This document shows positions 8,859-18,753 of a stretch of DNA of 64,000 bases, in pieces. The translations under genes and the position numbers were made by a program. This DNA is from Opitutales bacterium (lineage in GTDB: Bacteria > Verrucomicrobiota > Verrucomicrobiia > Opitutales > PNEW01). The DNA is taken from assembly GCA_965197745.1 (NCBI GenBank), contig CBDANS010000004.1, forward strand, positions 128,001-192,000, written 5' to 3'. The notes beneath the pieces were generated by a model, which was not told where the DNA came from, ran no database searches, and saw nothing but the letters and a program-made list of their open reading frames with translations. Numbering within the stretch: the first letter of the stretch is position 1; each line of letters opens with the position of its first letter.

Positions 8859-10145
8859 TGGTCGTGACCACGAAAACTGGTCCACTTGAAAAGTTAGTCT
8901 GGTCCAACTAGAAAGGACACAGACAATGAAAGGCAAAAGATACACGACCGAAGAGAAAATACGGATGCTGCGCCAGGCGGACAAAGGGAAAACGATCCTG
9001 GAAGCATGCCGCGAGAACAACATAAGCGAACAGACCTTCCACCGCTGGAAACGTGAGTTTGGGATGATTGATGTCAACCAGGCCAAGCGGATGAAGGAGC
9101 TCTTTGAAGGAGAACGCGCGGTTAAAACGGATGCTGGCGGACAAGATGCTGGGGATAGAGATCCTGCAGGAGACCCTCGAAAAAAAACTGTAAGCCCTGG
9201 GCACAAGCGGCAAGTGGCAGAGAGACTTGTGACTCGGGGCCAGTGTTCGATGCGAGCGGGGTGCCGGTACTTTCGGCTGCACCGTTCCACCTATGCGTAT
9301 AGGGCCAAGCATCCGGATGCCTGGCTAACGAAACTAAAAGCGGCAGTAAGGCGGTTATCACGGCAATACGCGAGGTGGGGCTATCCCAAGATCACGAAGC
9401 TGTTGAAGGACGAAGGCTGGCAGGTGGGTAAACGTCTCGTGCAAGGTCTGCGACGTGAACTGGGTCTGGCGATCCCCCCACGCAAGCCAAGACGCCGGCG
9501 CAGGGGTGTCTGCACCGGGCTACCGACAAAGGCCGAACATCCCGACCATGTTTGGACCTGGGATTTTATCCACGATAAGACGGTTCGCGGCGGCAGTCTA
9601 AAAATGCTGACCGTGCTCGATGAGTACACCCGCGAGTGCCGGGTGATCCATGTTGATCGCCATATCAATGCGGAAACGGTGCGCGGTATCATGCAAAAAC
9701 TGCTCGACCGGCATGGGCCGCCAAAATATATTCGTAGCGACAACGGTTCCGAGTTTATTGAAAGCCAATTGAGAGCCTGGCTAACTGCGATGAAAATCAA
9801 AACCCTCTATATCGAACCAGCAAGCCCTTGGCAGAACGGATACATTGAATCGTTCCATGCCCGTTTTCGCGAGGAGTGTTTAAACCGTGAACAGTTATGG
9901 ACTTTGACCGAAGCCCGCGTGGTCATCGAAGATTGGCGCTGGCTTTACAATCATGTCCGACCCCACCGCAGCCTCGGCAACATCACTCCACGGCACTTCA
10001 CTGAAAACCTCAATACCGAAGGCTCGGGCTCCATTCGGGCTACGCCCTCATTGCGCCCAAGCCTTGACTTCCTCTACCAACTTAACTTCAACATTAACCT
10101 CTCCAGACTAACTCTCCCGGTGGACCAGTTTGTGTAACCCGACCA
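8859..10145 (+). mobile_element. IS3-family (IS407-like) insertion sequence, copy 1
   Basis: Terminal IRs TGGTCGTGACCACGAAAACTGGTCCAC / GTGGACCAGTTTGTGTAACCCGACCA; flanks aaggg/gaggg (near-TSD). Confidence 0.92.
8926..10137 (+). CDS. IS3 transposase, OrfA N-terminus fused in frame to OrfB
   Basis: HTH N-terminus; WTWDF, SDNGSEF, PWQNGYIESF DDE motifs; RPHRSLG. Confidence 0.9.
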   Translation: MKGKRYTTEEKIRMLRQADKGKTILEACRENNISEQTFHRWKREFGMIDVNQAKRMKELFEGERAVKTDAGGQDAGDRDPAGDPRKKTVSPGHKRQVAERLVTRGQCSMRAGCRYFRLHRSTYAYRAKHPDAWLTKLKAAVRRLSRQYARWGYPKITKLLKDEGWQVGKRLVQGLRRELGLAIPPRKPRRRRRGVCTGLPTKAEHPDHVWTWDFIHDKTVRGGSLKMLTVLDEYTRECRVIHVDRHINAETVRGIMQKLLDRHGPPKYIRSDNGSEFIESQLRAWLTAMKIKTLYIEPASPWQNGYIESFHARFREECLNREQLWTLTEARVVIEDWRWLYNHVRPHRSLGNITPRHFTENLNTEGSGSIRATPSLRPSLDFLYQLNFNINLSRLTLPVDQFV

Positions 10146-10311
10146 GAGGGAAGGAGATGTTATTAGCATTGGATTTTGTTCATAGATTATTCGATCTAAT
10201 ACAATTTTGTGAATCTCCTGATAAGAATCTTGTAAACTAAGTCTAGTTGTTATTTTTAACCAAAATTTACAAAGCTTATATTTATTAGAAACGTAATAAC
10301 GTGTTGGACTA

Positions 10312-11629
10312 TGGTCGTGACCACGAAAACTGGTACACTTGAAAAGTTAGTCTGGGTAACCTAGAAAGGACTCAGACAATGAAAGGCAAAAGATACACAA
10401 CTGAAGAGAAAATACGGATGCTGCGGCAGGCGGACAAAGGGAAAACGATCCTGGAAGCATGCCGCGAGAACAACATTAGCGAACAGACTTTCCACCGCTG
10501 GAAGCGTGAGTTTGGGATGATTGATGTCGACCAGGCCAAGCGGATGAAGGAACTCTTTGAAGGAGAACGCGCGGTTAAAACGGATGCTGGCGGACAAGAT
10601 GCTGGGGATAGAGATCCTGCAGGAGACCCTCGAAAAAAAACTGTAAGCCCTGGGCACAAGCGGCAAGTGGCAGAGAGACTTGTGGCTCGGGGCCAGTGTT
10701 CGATGCGAGCGGGGTGCCGGTACTTTCGGCTGCACCGTTCCACCTATGCGTATAAGGCGAAGCATCCGGATGCTTGGTTAATGAAACTGAAGGCGGCAGT
10801 AAGGCGGTTATCACGGCAATATGCCAGGTGGGGCTATCCGAAGATCACGAAGCTGTTGAAAGACGAAGGCTGGGAGGTGGGTAAACGTCTCGTGCAAGGT
10901 CTACGACGCGAACTGGGCTTGGCGATCCCCCAACGCAAGCCAAGACGTCGGGGCAGGGGTGTTTCCACCGGGCTGCCGACCAAGGCCGAACATCCCGGCC
11001 ATGTTTGGACCTGGGATTTTATCCACGATAAGACGGTCCGCGGTGGCAGTTTAAAAATGTTGACCGTGCTCGATGAGTACACCCGCGAGTGTCGAGTGAT
11101 CCATGTTGATCGCCATATCAATGCGGAAACGGTGCGCGGTATCATGCAAAAACTGCTTGCCCGTCATGGGCCGCCACAATATATTCGCAGTGACAACGGT
11201 TCCGTTCCGAGGAGCGAAGCGACGACATGCGAAGCCATTCATTGAAAAGGAATTGAGAGCCTGGCTAACTGCGATGAAAATCAAAACCCTCTATATCGAA
11301 CCAGGAAGCCCTTGGCAGAACGGATACATCGAATCGTTGCATGCCCGTTTTCGCGAGGAGTGTTTAAACCGTGAACAGCTATGGACTTTGACCGAAGCCC
11401 GCGTGGTGATCGAGGACTGGCGCTGGCTTTACAATAATGTCCGACCCCACCGCAGCCTCGGCAATATCACCCCACGGTGCTTCGCTGAAGACATTAATAC
11501 CGAAGGCTTGGGCTCCATTCGGGCTACGCCCTCATTGCGCCCAAGCCTTGACTTCCTCTACCAACTTAACTTCAACATTAACCTCTCCAGACTAACTCTC
11601 TCGGTGGACCAGTTTACGTAACCCGATCA
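10312..11629 (+). mobile_element. IS3-family insertion sequence, copy 2 (transposase frameshifted by a 31-nt insertion)
   Basis: Same IRs as copy 1; 1318 bp vs 1287 bp; ORFs 10379-11245 and 11103-11621. Confidence 0.92.
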
Positions 11630-11637
11630 GAATTTAT

Positions 11638-12594
11638 ATGAGACGCTGTTTTGCAATAACTTTTTCAATGTTTTTTTCTTTATTGGCATTTTCGAGTAGT
11701 GATGATTCTCTGCATGATCAGGTAAAAGAAATAAACGCTCTTCCTATTATCGATGTCGGTGAGGAATTCAGTGAACGGTATATCCCGTTTCATATCCATG
11801 ACTCCAAAGTTTTTCGACCTCCTGACGAGAGAGGTAGATTCGTGGTCATGTCAACATTTCCGAATATACCCGATTTTATCTGCGATTCGTGGTGCTATGA
11901 ATCGGATGTGTATCTTATTGAGGCACGATCGCTCGATGGCAGCAGAATAGAACTCCGGCATCGTTCCCGTAAATATCCGAATGTTATCGTTATTACCACT
12001 GTTACGCCCGAACCCGGAGCATTGGAATTCTCCGCCCGTATGGAATTGGAAAAAGAGGATATCGGTAGTTTGCCTGAGAATAATGTAAATCTCAATCTGT
12101 GCTGGCAACTCAAACGTGCTCCGGGATTTTGCAGCAAACCGGATCCATACCCTGATTTTATAAAGCGATGTTTCATTTTCACCGAAAAAGGACGGGTTTT
12201 CCTCGATAAAACTGAACGCCGTAACCTTCCCAGCCGTGTTGCAGATGATTTCCGCAATAATCCGCCATGGGTACAGTCGTATGTTGACACCTGGAAGGAG
12301 ATTCCGGAGGTTTCTCCGACAGCCTGGCAAGACAACTACAGCCCGGACAAGTATGTAACAACGGTTATAGGAGCTGTTTCCAGAGATGGAAAATATCTTG
12401 CAGCATTGACCAATGACTCGGCAACTTACATGGAACAGGCATGGCATGACTGCATGCACAATAATCCGTTGTGGCTACCTGCCGTTGCACCTCCTTCTGA
12501 ACGCAGGTGGCGGTTGAAACTTTATGTGATGGAGAATGATCCCGATGCACTGCTGAAACGGGCACATAAGGATTTTCCCAACATTCATCGATAG
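11638..12594 (+). CDS. Hypothetical secreted protein (possible gene-cassette ORF)
   Basis: 318-aa ORF with signal peptide, followed by an attC-like site. Confidence 0.7.
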   Translation: MRRCFAITFSMFFSLLAFSSSDDSLHDQVKEINALPIIDVGEEFSERYIPFHIHDSKVFRPPDERGRFVVMSTFPNIPDFICDSWCYESDVYLIEARSLDGSRIELRHRSRKYPNVIVITTVTPEPGALEFSARMELEKEDIGSLPENNVNLNLCWQLKRAPGFCSKPDPYPDFIKRCFIFTEKGRVFLDKTERRNLPSRVADDFRNNPPWVQSYVDTWKEIPEVSPTAWQDNYSPDKYVTTVIGAVSRDGKYLAALTNDSATYMEQAWHDCMHNNPLWLPAVAPPSERRWRLKLYVMENDPDALLKRAHKDFPNIHR

Positions 12595-12645
12595 AATCAA
12601 ATCCAGTCTAAACCAAAGAAAGAAAAATAGCATATGAAAAGCTAT

Positions 12646-12708
12646 TTCGAACAACGGCATGCAGTCGGATGGCCGCTTCGCGACCCCCGCTGATGCCGAG
12701 CGTAAGCA
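12646..12708 (+). other. Degenerate integron attC-like recombination site
   Basis: ttcgAAC-aacgg-catgcag...gctgatg-ccgagc-GTAagca; ggcatGca/tgatgcc arms with extrahelical G; R' GTT changed to GTA. Confidence 0.6.
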
Positions 12709-12782
12709 GAATCCGCTTATTCTAAGCTGCAGCAAACAATCGAGGAGGATGACTGCAACCGCTAAGCGTGTATCAAATTAAT

Positions 12783-13265
12783 TCAGGCGATCCTTTCTCC
12801 GCGCCGGTCATACTCTCCCAACGGATCATAAAACCCCGGCCTATCGGTGAGCTTGATCCACACCCGCTGGGTTCTCTTCAGAACAATCCTTCCTAATCTC
12901 CTCAATAGTCCCTGACTACCATCGGGAAATTCAATAACGTATACCCAGTTATTAAGCGGGTCATCATTAACAATTACTGCTGAAATCCCAGGCCATTTTT
13001 TGTCGTCAGCGCGACCATCTTTTTGTTTTGAATGATCAAGGTGCTTTTCCATTAGCTGCTTTGGATTCAAGCCGTTCTTCCACAATAAGTTAACCTCTTT
13101 TATTAGCCTCTCGGGGAAACACTTTTCTTGCACGCGTAGGACCTTAATTCGGCCTCGTTCCCCCCTTATAGGTAACCCCGCTATGGCTTTTTCGTATGCT
13201 GAGTGCTCATACCAGCTGAAGTCGCTCTCATAGGTTACTGGACCAGAGTTGGTTACAGTTGACAT
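12783..13265 (-). CDS. Hypothetical protein
   Basis: 160-aa ORF, no recognised motif. Confidence 0.5.
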   Translation of the reverse strand: MSTVTNSGPVTYESDFSWYEHSAYEKAIAGLPIRGERGRIKVLRVQEKCFPERLIKEVNLLWKNGLNPKQLMEKHLDHSKQKDGRADDKKWPGISAVIVNDDPLNNWVYVIEFPDGSQGLLRRLGRIVLKRTQRVWIKLTDRPGFYDPLGEYDRRGERIA

Positions 13266-13591
13266 TAACTATTTTTAAAAAATGTTTTAATAGACTTAAT
13301 CGACAAAACTCAATTTAAGATATCATAGATTTTAAATTTATATAGTCCTCATTAACAATGACTTGATTATAATTTTTATCTCAAACTGAATTTCAAATAT
13401 TAGCGGTTTCTATTTTGCTGGTCTCAATTACACACAAATGGATTATTATCGTCATAAATTACACATGTAAATTTTGGTTAATAATATTCCTCTTTAAATT
13501 AATAAATGAAATAATAATATACCACATTGGGATCAATAATTGGCGGTCACAACATATATTGTAAGGAGTAAGGCCAGGGCTAGATAGGAAG

Positions 13592-13888
13592 ATGGAAAGT
13601 AACAATAAGCTGGTAATCTCGAGCCAGCGAATGGCCGAGCACGGGGAAGTTTATACTTCCAATAAGGAAGTGAATGCTATGCTTGATCTTGTTAAGCAAG
13701 AGACAGATCGTATCGATTCTCGCTTTTTTGAACCAGCATGCGGGAAAGGTAATTTTCTCGTTGAAGTATTGACCCGCAAGCTCGCGGTTGTAGCGAACCG
13801 CTATGGAAAGAGCCAGTATGAATATGAGCGTTATGCAGTTATAGCAGTTTCAAGTATCTATGGAATCGATATTCTGCATCTTTGGTGA
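13592..13888 (+). pseudogene. Truncated SAM-dependent DNA methyltransferase (RM-associated) N-terminus
   Basis: HGEVYT...EPACGKGNFL...SIYGIDI, then stop at 98 aa. Confidence 0.7.
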
Positions 13889-14051
13889 TCTATGGGATGA
13901 AAACCCAGCATGCTTTAATGGGCCAACACTCCAACTCAATATGGTTCAATAGATAGCCGTTGCCTCTAGAAATCGTTTTGATTAGAAGGTGATTCTAGAT
14001 ATACTCGAGAGTGTCAATTCACTTTATTCAATCAAGTAAGTATATTACACC

Positions 14052-15923
14052 ATGAAATTATTCTCAATTATATTTCTATCTGCCTATCTTGTCATTTCCA
14101 GTTTTGCTCAGGATCCAATTAATATTGGTTCACGTCTGGAGTTATTTGTCGATGATTATTTAATCGACGAGCTATCCGGTGGAGCCCGAATAATTTTACA
14201 TCATCCCACGCCGCAGGAGGTGGTGATTGTGCACGATGAACCCTGGGAAGGCAACGGCAGCCATAATCACAGTATCTTCCAAGACGGTGATCTTTATCGC
14301 TTATACTACTTGGGGTACCAGTATACCACCACGGATGGGAAATTAACCACCCCTCACCCTATTACCTATTGTTACGCGGAAAGTGACGACGGTATTCACT
14401 GGCGCAAACCCGAATTGGGTCTCATTGAGTTCAACGGCTCAAAGAAAAACAATATTTTGTGGGCCGACAACCAGACCGATCGGGAAGTGCCGTCCGCTAC
14501 CGCGGTAGTTATTTCCATTGTCGTAAAAGGTGACGGTCTCAAATATCAATGGTATATCGGCAAACCCGGTGACACTTCTAAGCCCATCGCAGGTGCAACC
14601 AGCAACACACTGAATACCGGCCCTCTCAATGAGAGCACAAACTTCTGGGTCCAGATAACAACGAAAGCAGGAGTTTATATTAACAGTGATACCTCGGTCA
14701 TCACCGTTACGGCTCCCTCCGTCCCTTCGGTCGATGAAGGTTCGCGTGATTCTGACAGCGCCGTGTTTGGTCCGATATTTCTCAATGCCGTCGACGCCGG
14801 ACATACCGCGGTGTTTAAAGACACAAATCCAGATGCACCACCAGATGCTCGTTACAAAGCTGTCCGCGTATCCGGTGATTTCGAGGGATTAATGGTTTTT
14901 AAGTCTGCTGATGGCATTCATTGGACTGCAATGACTCACAAAAAAATTATTTCAGAAAGCGAAATGAAAATTTTTGAACCATCGGTAAAAAGTGTTTATT
15001 TCGATTCGCAGAACCTAGCTTTCTGGGATGCTATTAACGGAGTTTACCGTCTCTACTTTCGCTACTGGCCGGATGACCGTCGTGACATCATGACGATGAC
15101 CTCGAAAGACTTTGTGAACTGGGTCGATCCCGTTCGACTCAAATACCCAGGCGCGCGTCCCGATCATTTATACACCAACCAGATTAAACCCTACTACCGG
15201 GCGCCTCACATTCTCATTGGCTTTCCGACCCGCTTTATCAATCGAGGATGGACGGAATCAACACGAGCACTGCCGGATTTATTAGAACGCCGTCAACGAG
15301 CGGGGCCGGATGTCGACACTGAAGGAAATGAGCATGAACTTCATTTCAGCAGCGCTGTTACCGAAGCTGTATTCATGACCAGCCGAGACGGGCAAACTTT
15401 CAAGCGATGGGATGAAGCGTTTCTGCGACCGGGCATCGAGAGAAAGGATAGTTGGGCTTACGGTAACCAGTACATTGCCTGGCAACTGGTTGAAACAAAG
15501 TCGAGGTTTGAAGACGCCCCGAATGAGTTGTCTCTCTATGCCACCGAGGGATATTGGACCGGCACCAGCACTCATCTTCGCCGCTATACCTTGCGCATCG
15601 ATGGATTCGTTTCGGTTAATGCCCCCCTCAGTGGCGGTGAACTGCTCACCAAACCGCTTGTTTTCGATGGTGACGAGATGGTAATTAATTTTTCGAGCTC
15701 CGCAGCGGGCGGCGTCCAGGTAGAAATCCAAGATGTATCGGGTGAACCCATAGAAGGGTTTACTCTGGCGGATTGTCTACCGGTATTCGGCGATTCCATC
15801 GAACGCAAAGTAAACTGGAATAATTCGCCCAACTTAGACAAGTTGTCAGGACAACCCGTCCGTTTACGTTTCGTTTGCAAAGACGCGGACCTCTATTCTT
15901 TTCGCTTTCGTCCTGCGCCGTAA
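14052..15923 (+). CDS. Secreted beta-propeller/glycoside hydrolase-like protein with inserted Ig-like domain
   Basis: Signal peptide; ELFVDDYLI, YAESDDGIHWRKP, SADGIHW and SRDGQTF Asp-box-like repeats; LRIDGFVS; internal YQWY.G..GDTS.PIAGAT Ig module. Confidence 0.75.
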   Translation: MKLFSIIFLSAYLVISSFAQDPINIGSRLELFVDDYLIDELSGGARIILHHPTPQEVVIVHDEPWEGNGSHNHSIFQDGDLYRLYYLGYQYTTTDGKLTTPHPITYCYAESDDGIHWRKPELGLIEFNGSKKNNILWADNQTDREVPSATAVVISIVVKGDGLKYQWYIGKPGDTSKPIAGATSNTLNTGPLNESTNFWVQITTKAGVYINSDTSVITVTAPSVPSVDEGSRDSDSAVFGPIFLNAVDAGHTAVFKDTNPDAPPDARYKAVRVSGDFEGLMVFKSADGIHWTAMTHKKIISESEMKIFEPSVKSVYFDSQNLAFWDAINGVYRLYFRYWPDDRRDIMTMTSKDFVNWVDPVRLKYPGARPDHLYTNQIKPYYRAPHILIGFPTRFINRGWTESTRALPDLLERRQRAGPDVDTEGNEHELHFSSAVTEAVFMTSRDGQTFKRWDEAFLRPGIERKDSWAYGNQYIAWQLVETKSRFEDAPNELSLYATEGYWTGTSTHLRRYTLRIDGFVSVNAPLSGGELLTKPLVFDGDEMVINFSSSAAGGVQVEIQDVSGEPIEGFTLADCLPVFGDSIERKVNWNNSPNLDKLSGQPVRLRFVCKDADLYSFRFRPAP

Positions 15924-16161
15924 GCTTAATTAGTATTTTAAGTGAAAGACTGAGGCGAAATTCTTTGTCAAATCATGGATTTATACGTCCCAGTTTTGTG
16001 AATGTTGAACCAATTCGAGTAAAAGGTGATGGTCCAGAGCCACCAAGTCCAGGGATGAGTGAAATACCATTGTTTACTGAAAAATATCATGAATGGATCG
16101 AAAAAGAAAATTCAGAAGAACCCAATAGATCCTAGCACATCAACCTCCCGCATTTTTCACC

Positions 16162-16440
16162 TCAGCCGTTGCTTTTAACCCATTCTGTTTTCCGTCTCAT
16201 AGCTTCGGCGATTTGTGCTCCGGTCATCTTTGAAGTTAACTCTTTCAATATATTTTCTGCCGCTTTTTCTTTTTCTCCTAAATCTTCTCCTCCTGTCATA
16301 ATGATTCTAAACCATTTAAAGGCCTCAATATAATCATCAACTTTGTAATAGTACACCCCAAGGTTGTATGGGGCTGAAGCGTCTCCCTGTTCAGCCGCTT
16401 TGCGATACCACTTAACCGCTTCTGTATTATTCTTAGTTAC
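16162..16440 (-). pseudogene. Sel1-repeat protein C-terminal fragment
   Basis: Manual extension gives VTKNNTEAVKWYRKAAEQGDASAPYNLGVYY...MTGAQIAEA; 5' part missing. Confidence 0.75.
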
Positions 16441-16510
16441 CCTGGGTATACCCCCACTCCTAAAAGCGCCGTCACGGCTTTACAGCACTCGAGAATGCTA
16501 AGCTGTAAAT

Positions 16511-16600
16511 ATCACCTCCGCCGCATACAGGTTTATGGATTATCGATTGATGAGGGATGCGTTTATGCATACCCCGGCCCTCCCTTTTTATCAGGGGTAA
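16511..16600. repeat. ~90-bp dispersed non-coding repeat, copy A
   Basis: First 18 nt atcacctccgccgcatac identical to 25686; alignable through ...atacccc...ttatcagggg. Confidence 0.75.
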
Positions 16601-16717
16601 CATACAAGGCATAGCCCGACATCCCTCATCTAACGCTGATCGACAACAAAACGCTGAAGTAATAGTCTGATCTGTTCTGAATCGTGTGGATAGAACACTA
16701 AGAGGGAGCGATCAGTT

Positions 16718-17245
16718 ATGGAACGCAAGCTAACGGCCATACTCAGTGCTGACGTCGAGGGTTACAGTCGCCTTATGGGGGAAGACGAAGAGGCGACGGT
16801 AAAAACCCTCAACACTTATCGTGATGCGATGAGTCGGCTAATTAAAGAACATAAAGGCCATGTGATAGATTCTCCCGGTGATAATCTTCTCGCCGAGTTT
16901 ACAAGCGCGGTGAACGCAGTTCAATGTGCCGCTGTGATACAGGGAGAGTTAAGGGCTCGCAATGCAGCAATACCTAAAGATCGCCGTATGAACTACCGTA
17001 TCGGAATTAATCTAGGCGATGTGATTGTAGATGGTGATCGAATCTACGGTGATGGTGTCAACGTGGCGGCTCGCATAATGAAAGCGGGCACCTCCCCCCT
17101 AGCTAGCGTATCGAGTGGCTCTGGATACTCCTCGAGAATCGATTTCAAATCAGCTTCAACTGGAAGCCATTGTGCAGTTGTCGTCATTGTTAAAGAAAGA
17201 GTCGAAGGTTATTTCGATTGTCGATTGTCGATTGAAAAAAATTAA
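16718..17245 (+). pseudogene. Class III adenylate/guanylate cyclase N-terminal fragment
   Basis: MERKLTAILSADVEGYSRLM, PGDNLLAEF, RIGINLGDV, GDGVNVAAR; similarity ends near 17080. Confidence 0.8.
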
Positions 17246-17346
17246 CTACAAGAGGCACAAGAAAGAAAATTGAAACTCAGGAACTCAGGATTTAAAATTG
17301 ATGAACCGCAGAGACGCAGAGATCGCGGAGATTATAATTTGGAATA

Positions 17347-17515
17347 TATCAGGTGAATCACGGTGCTTAATCGCAATTGCTCAGCAATAGCTGAGCCTCG
17401 GCTGATCCTTACCGCTTTTTTAAAATCTTGATTTAAAAAAAGGGTAAGGGATTATCCGTATCAGCCCCTTAACCGCGGGATGACATTGCGATTAAGTACC
17501 TTGTTTCACCTGATA
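17347..17515. mobile_element. MITE-like element (169 bp)
   Basis: 31-bp terminal IRs with 3 mismatches, TA at both ends, inner palindrome, no ORF. Confidence 0.65.
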
Positions 17516-17694
17516 ATACTTAATTATCTTTCTTAATTAACAATCTTGTTTTGTGCCTTTTGTGGCCAATCAAATTCTCTTTAAATTACATTCGTGTTTA
17601 TTCGTGGTTAATTCTCTCCCCAAAACGCAATCTTAATTCTGAAATTGACACACCCTTTTGGTTATTCATAAAGGAATTCAAAACCAATAAGGGC

Positions 17695-18564
17695 ATGGAA
17701 AAAAAATTACAGGTCACGATCGCTGCTCCGGAAAAACTTAACCAACTCATTACTGAGGGCTTCTGCGTCTTTAAATATGTTCTCGAACCCGAGATGGTTG
17801 AAAAACTGAATGCCATGAGTGAATGGACAACCGCTCAGGAGGATCCCGCTCACTTCGAGGATCACCGTTCCCAGGGCTGTATCATTTCTTACTATAAATT
17901 TCCTCATCCCACTTTTGCTGAGCTCATCGCTTATCCGCGCGCGATGGCAGTTTGGGCCGAATTGGAATTTAACGACCCCAAAGTCTGGAGCGGTTTTGTC
18001 ATCAGTAAACCACCGCATTCCCCGCCGCTCTACTGGCACCAGGATTGCATGATGTGGGGTCATCCCATCAGTGTCACGGATAAGCCACAGCAGTATTTTA
18101 TGATGTACTACCTGGTCGATACCAACCGGCTCAACGGTTGTCTGCGCGTCATTCCAGGCTCTCACTTGAAACGTCACGTCCTGCATGACGTGCCACGAAC
18201 GGCTCACGAAGACGACGAAATTCGTCGCGCCACCGACCTCGATCATCCAACCTTGCAGCCTGCCGAGGGCGAAGTCGATGTCCCGGTCAAAGCCGGTGAT
18301 GTAGTCATCGGTGACTCACGCCTGTTGCACTCCGCTCATGCCAACCAAACCGGTGAAAGGAGAACCGTGCTCACCATCTGGTACTGGCCGGCATACGACA
18401 GTTTACCCGATGATGTTAAAAGTATGGTTGCCGGTAGTATCACTGAAAATCCTCAATGGGTAACCTGGACTGAAGAGACGCGATCCATCACTCAGTCGTT
18501 GATACCGATCTACGAAGGCGATGCCGAGCCAACTCCCAGGAACAAAACCTGCGCCTTGCGCTGA
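17695..18564 (+). CDS. Phytanoyl-CoA dioxygenase (PhyH) family Fe/2OG oxygenase
   Basis: WHQD, NGCLRVIPGSH, LLHSAHAN, RR motifs. Confidence 0.88.
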   Translation: MEKKLQVTIAAPEKLNQLITEGFCVFKYVLEPEMVEKLNAMSEWTTAQEDPAHFEDHRSQGCIISYYKFPHPTFAELIAYPRAMAVWAELEFNDPKVWSGFVISKPPHSPPLYWHQDCMMWGHPISVTDKPQQYFMMYYLVDTNRLNGCLRVIPGSHLKRHVLHDVPRTAHEDDEIRRATDLDHPTLQPAEGEVDVPVKAGDVVIGDSRLLHSAHANQTGERRTVLTIWYWPAYDSLPDDVKSMVAGSITENPQWVTWTEETRSITQSLIPIYEGDAEPTPRNKTCALR

Positions 18565-18753
18565 AGCGCGAAGCGCTTTTTAGGTTAAAAGGTTCACGGT
18601 TCAACGTTCACAGTTGAAATATATCGAGCCTCACCCTCGGCACAGGTGTCAGTAAAAGATAATTGTAACCGTCAGGATCAATCCGCATTCACGCATATTC
18701 GCATTTACTCATCTTCGAATAATAACAGACGTTTTGACATTTTGACTAATGCG

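Noticed and set aside
9100..9108. CTTTGA resembling the prfB +1 frameshift site
   Set aside because: The TGA is not in the translated frame (reading is CTC TTT GAA), so the RF2-type mechanism does not apply
8577..9800. Antisense ORFs over the IS3 copies (237, 134, 139 aa and equivalents at 10.3-11.3 and 26.7-27.6 kb)
   Set aside because: Shadow frames of the transposase; they recur only because the IS is repeated
13547..13562. Palindrome acaacatatattgt as an NrdR box
   Set aside because: Single site, mismatches at conserved positions, upstream of a methyltransferase fragment rather than an RNR gene
17080..17245. C-terminal part of the 175-aa cyclase ORF as a real domain
   Set aside because: Similarity stops after NVAAR; the remainder looks like read-through into unrelated DNA
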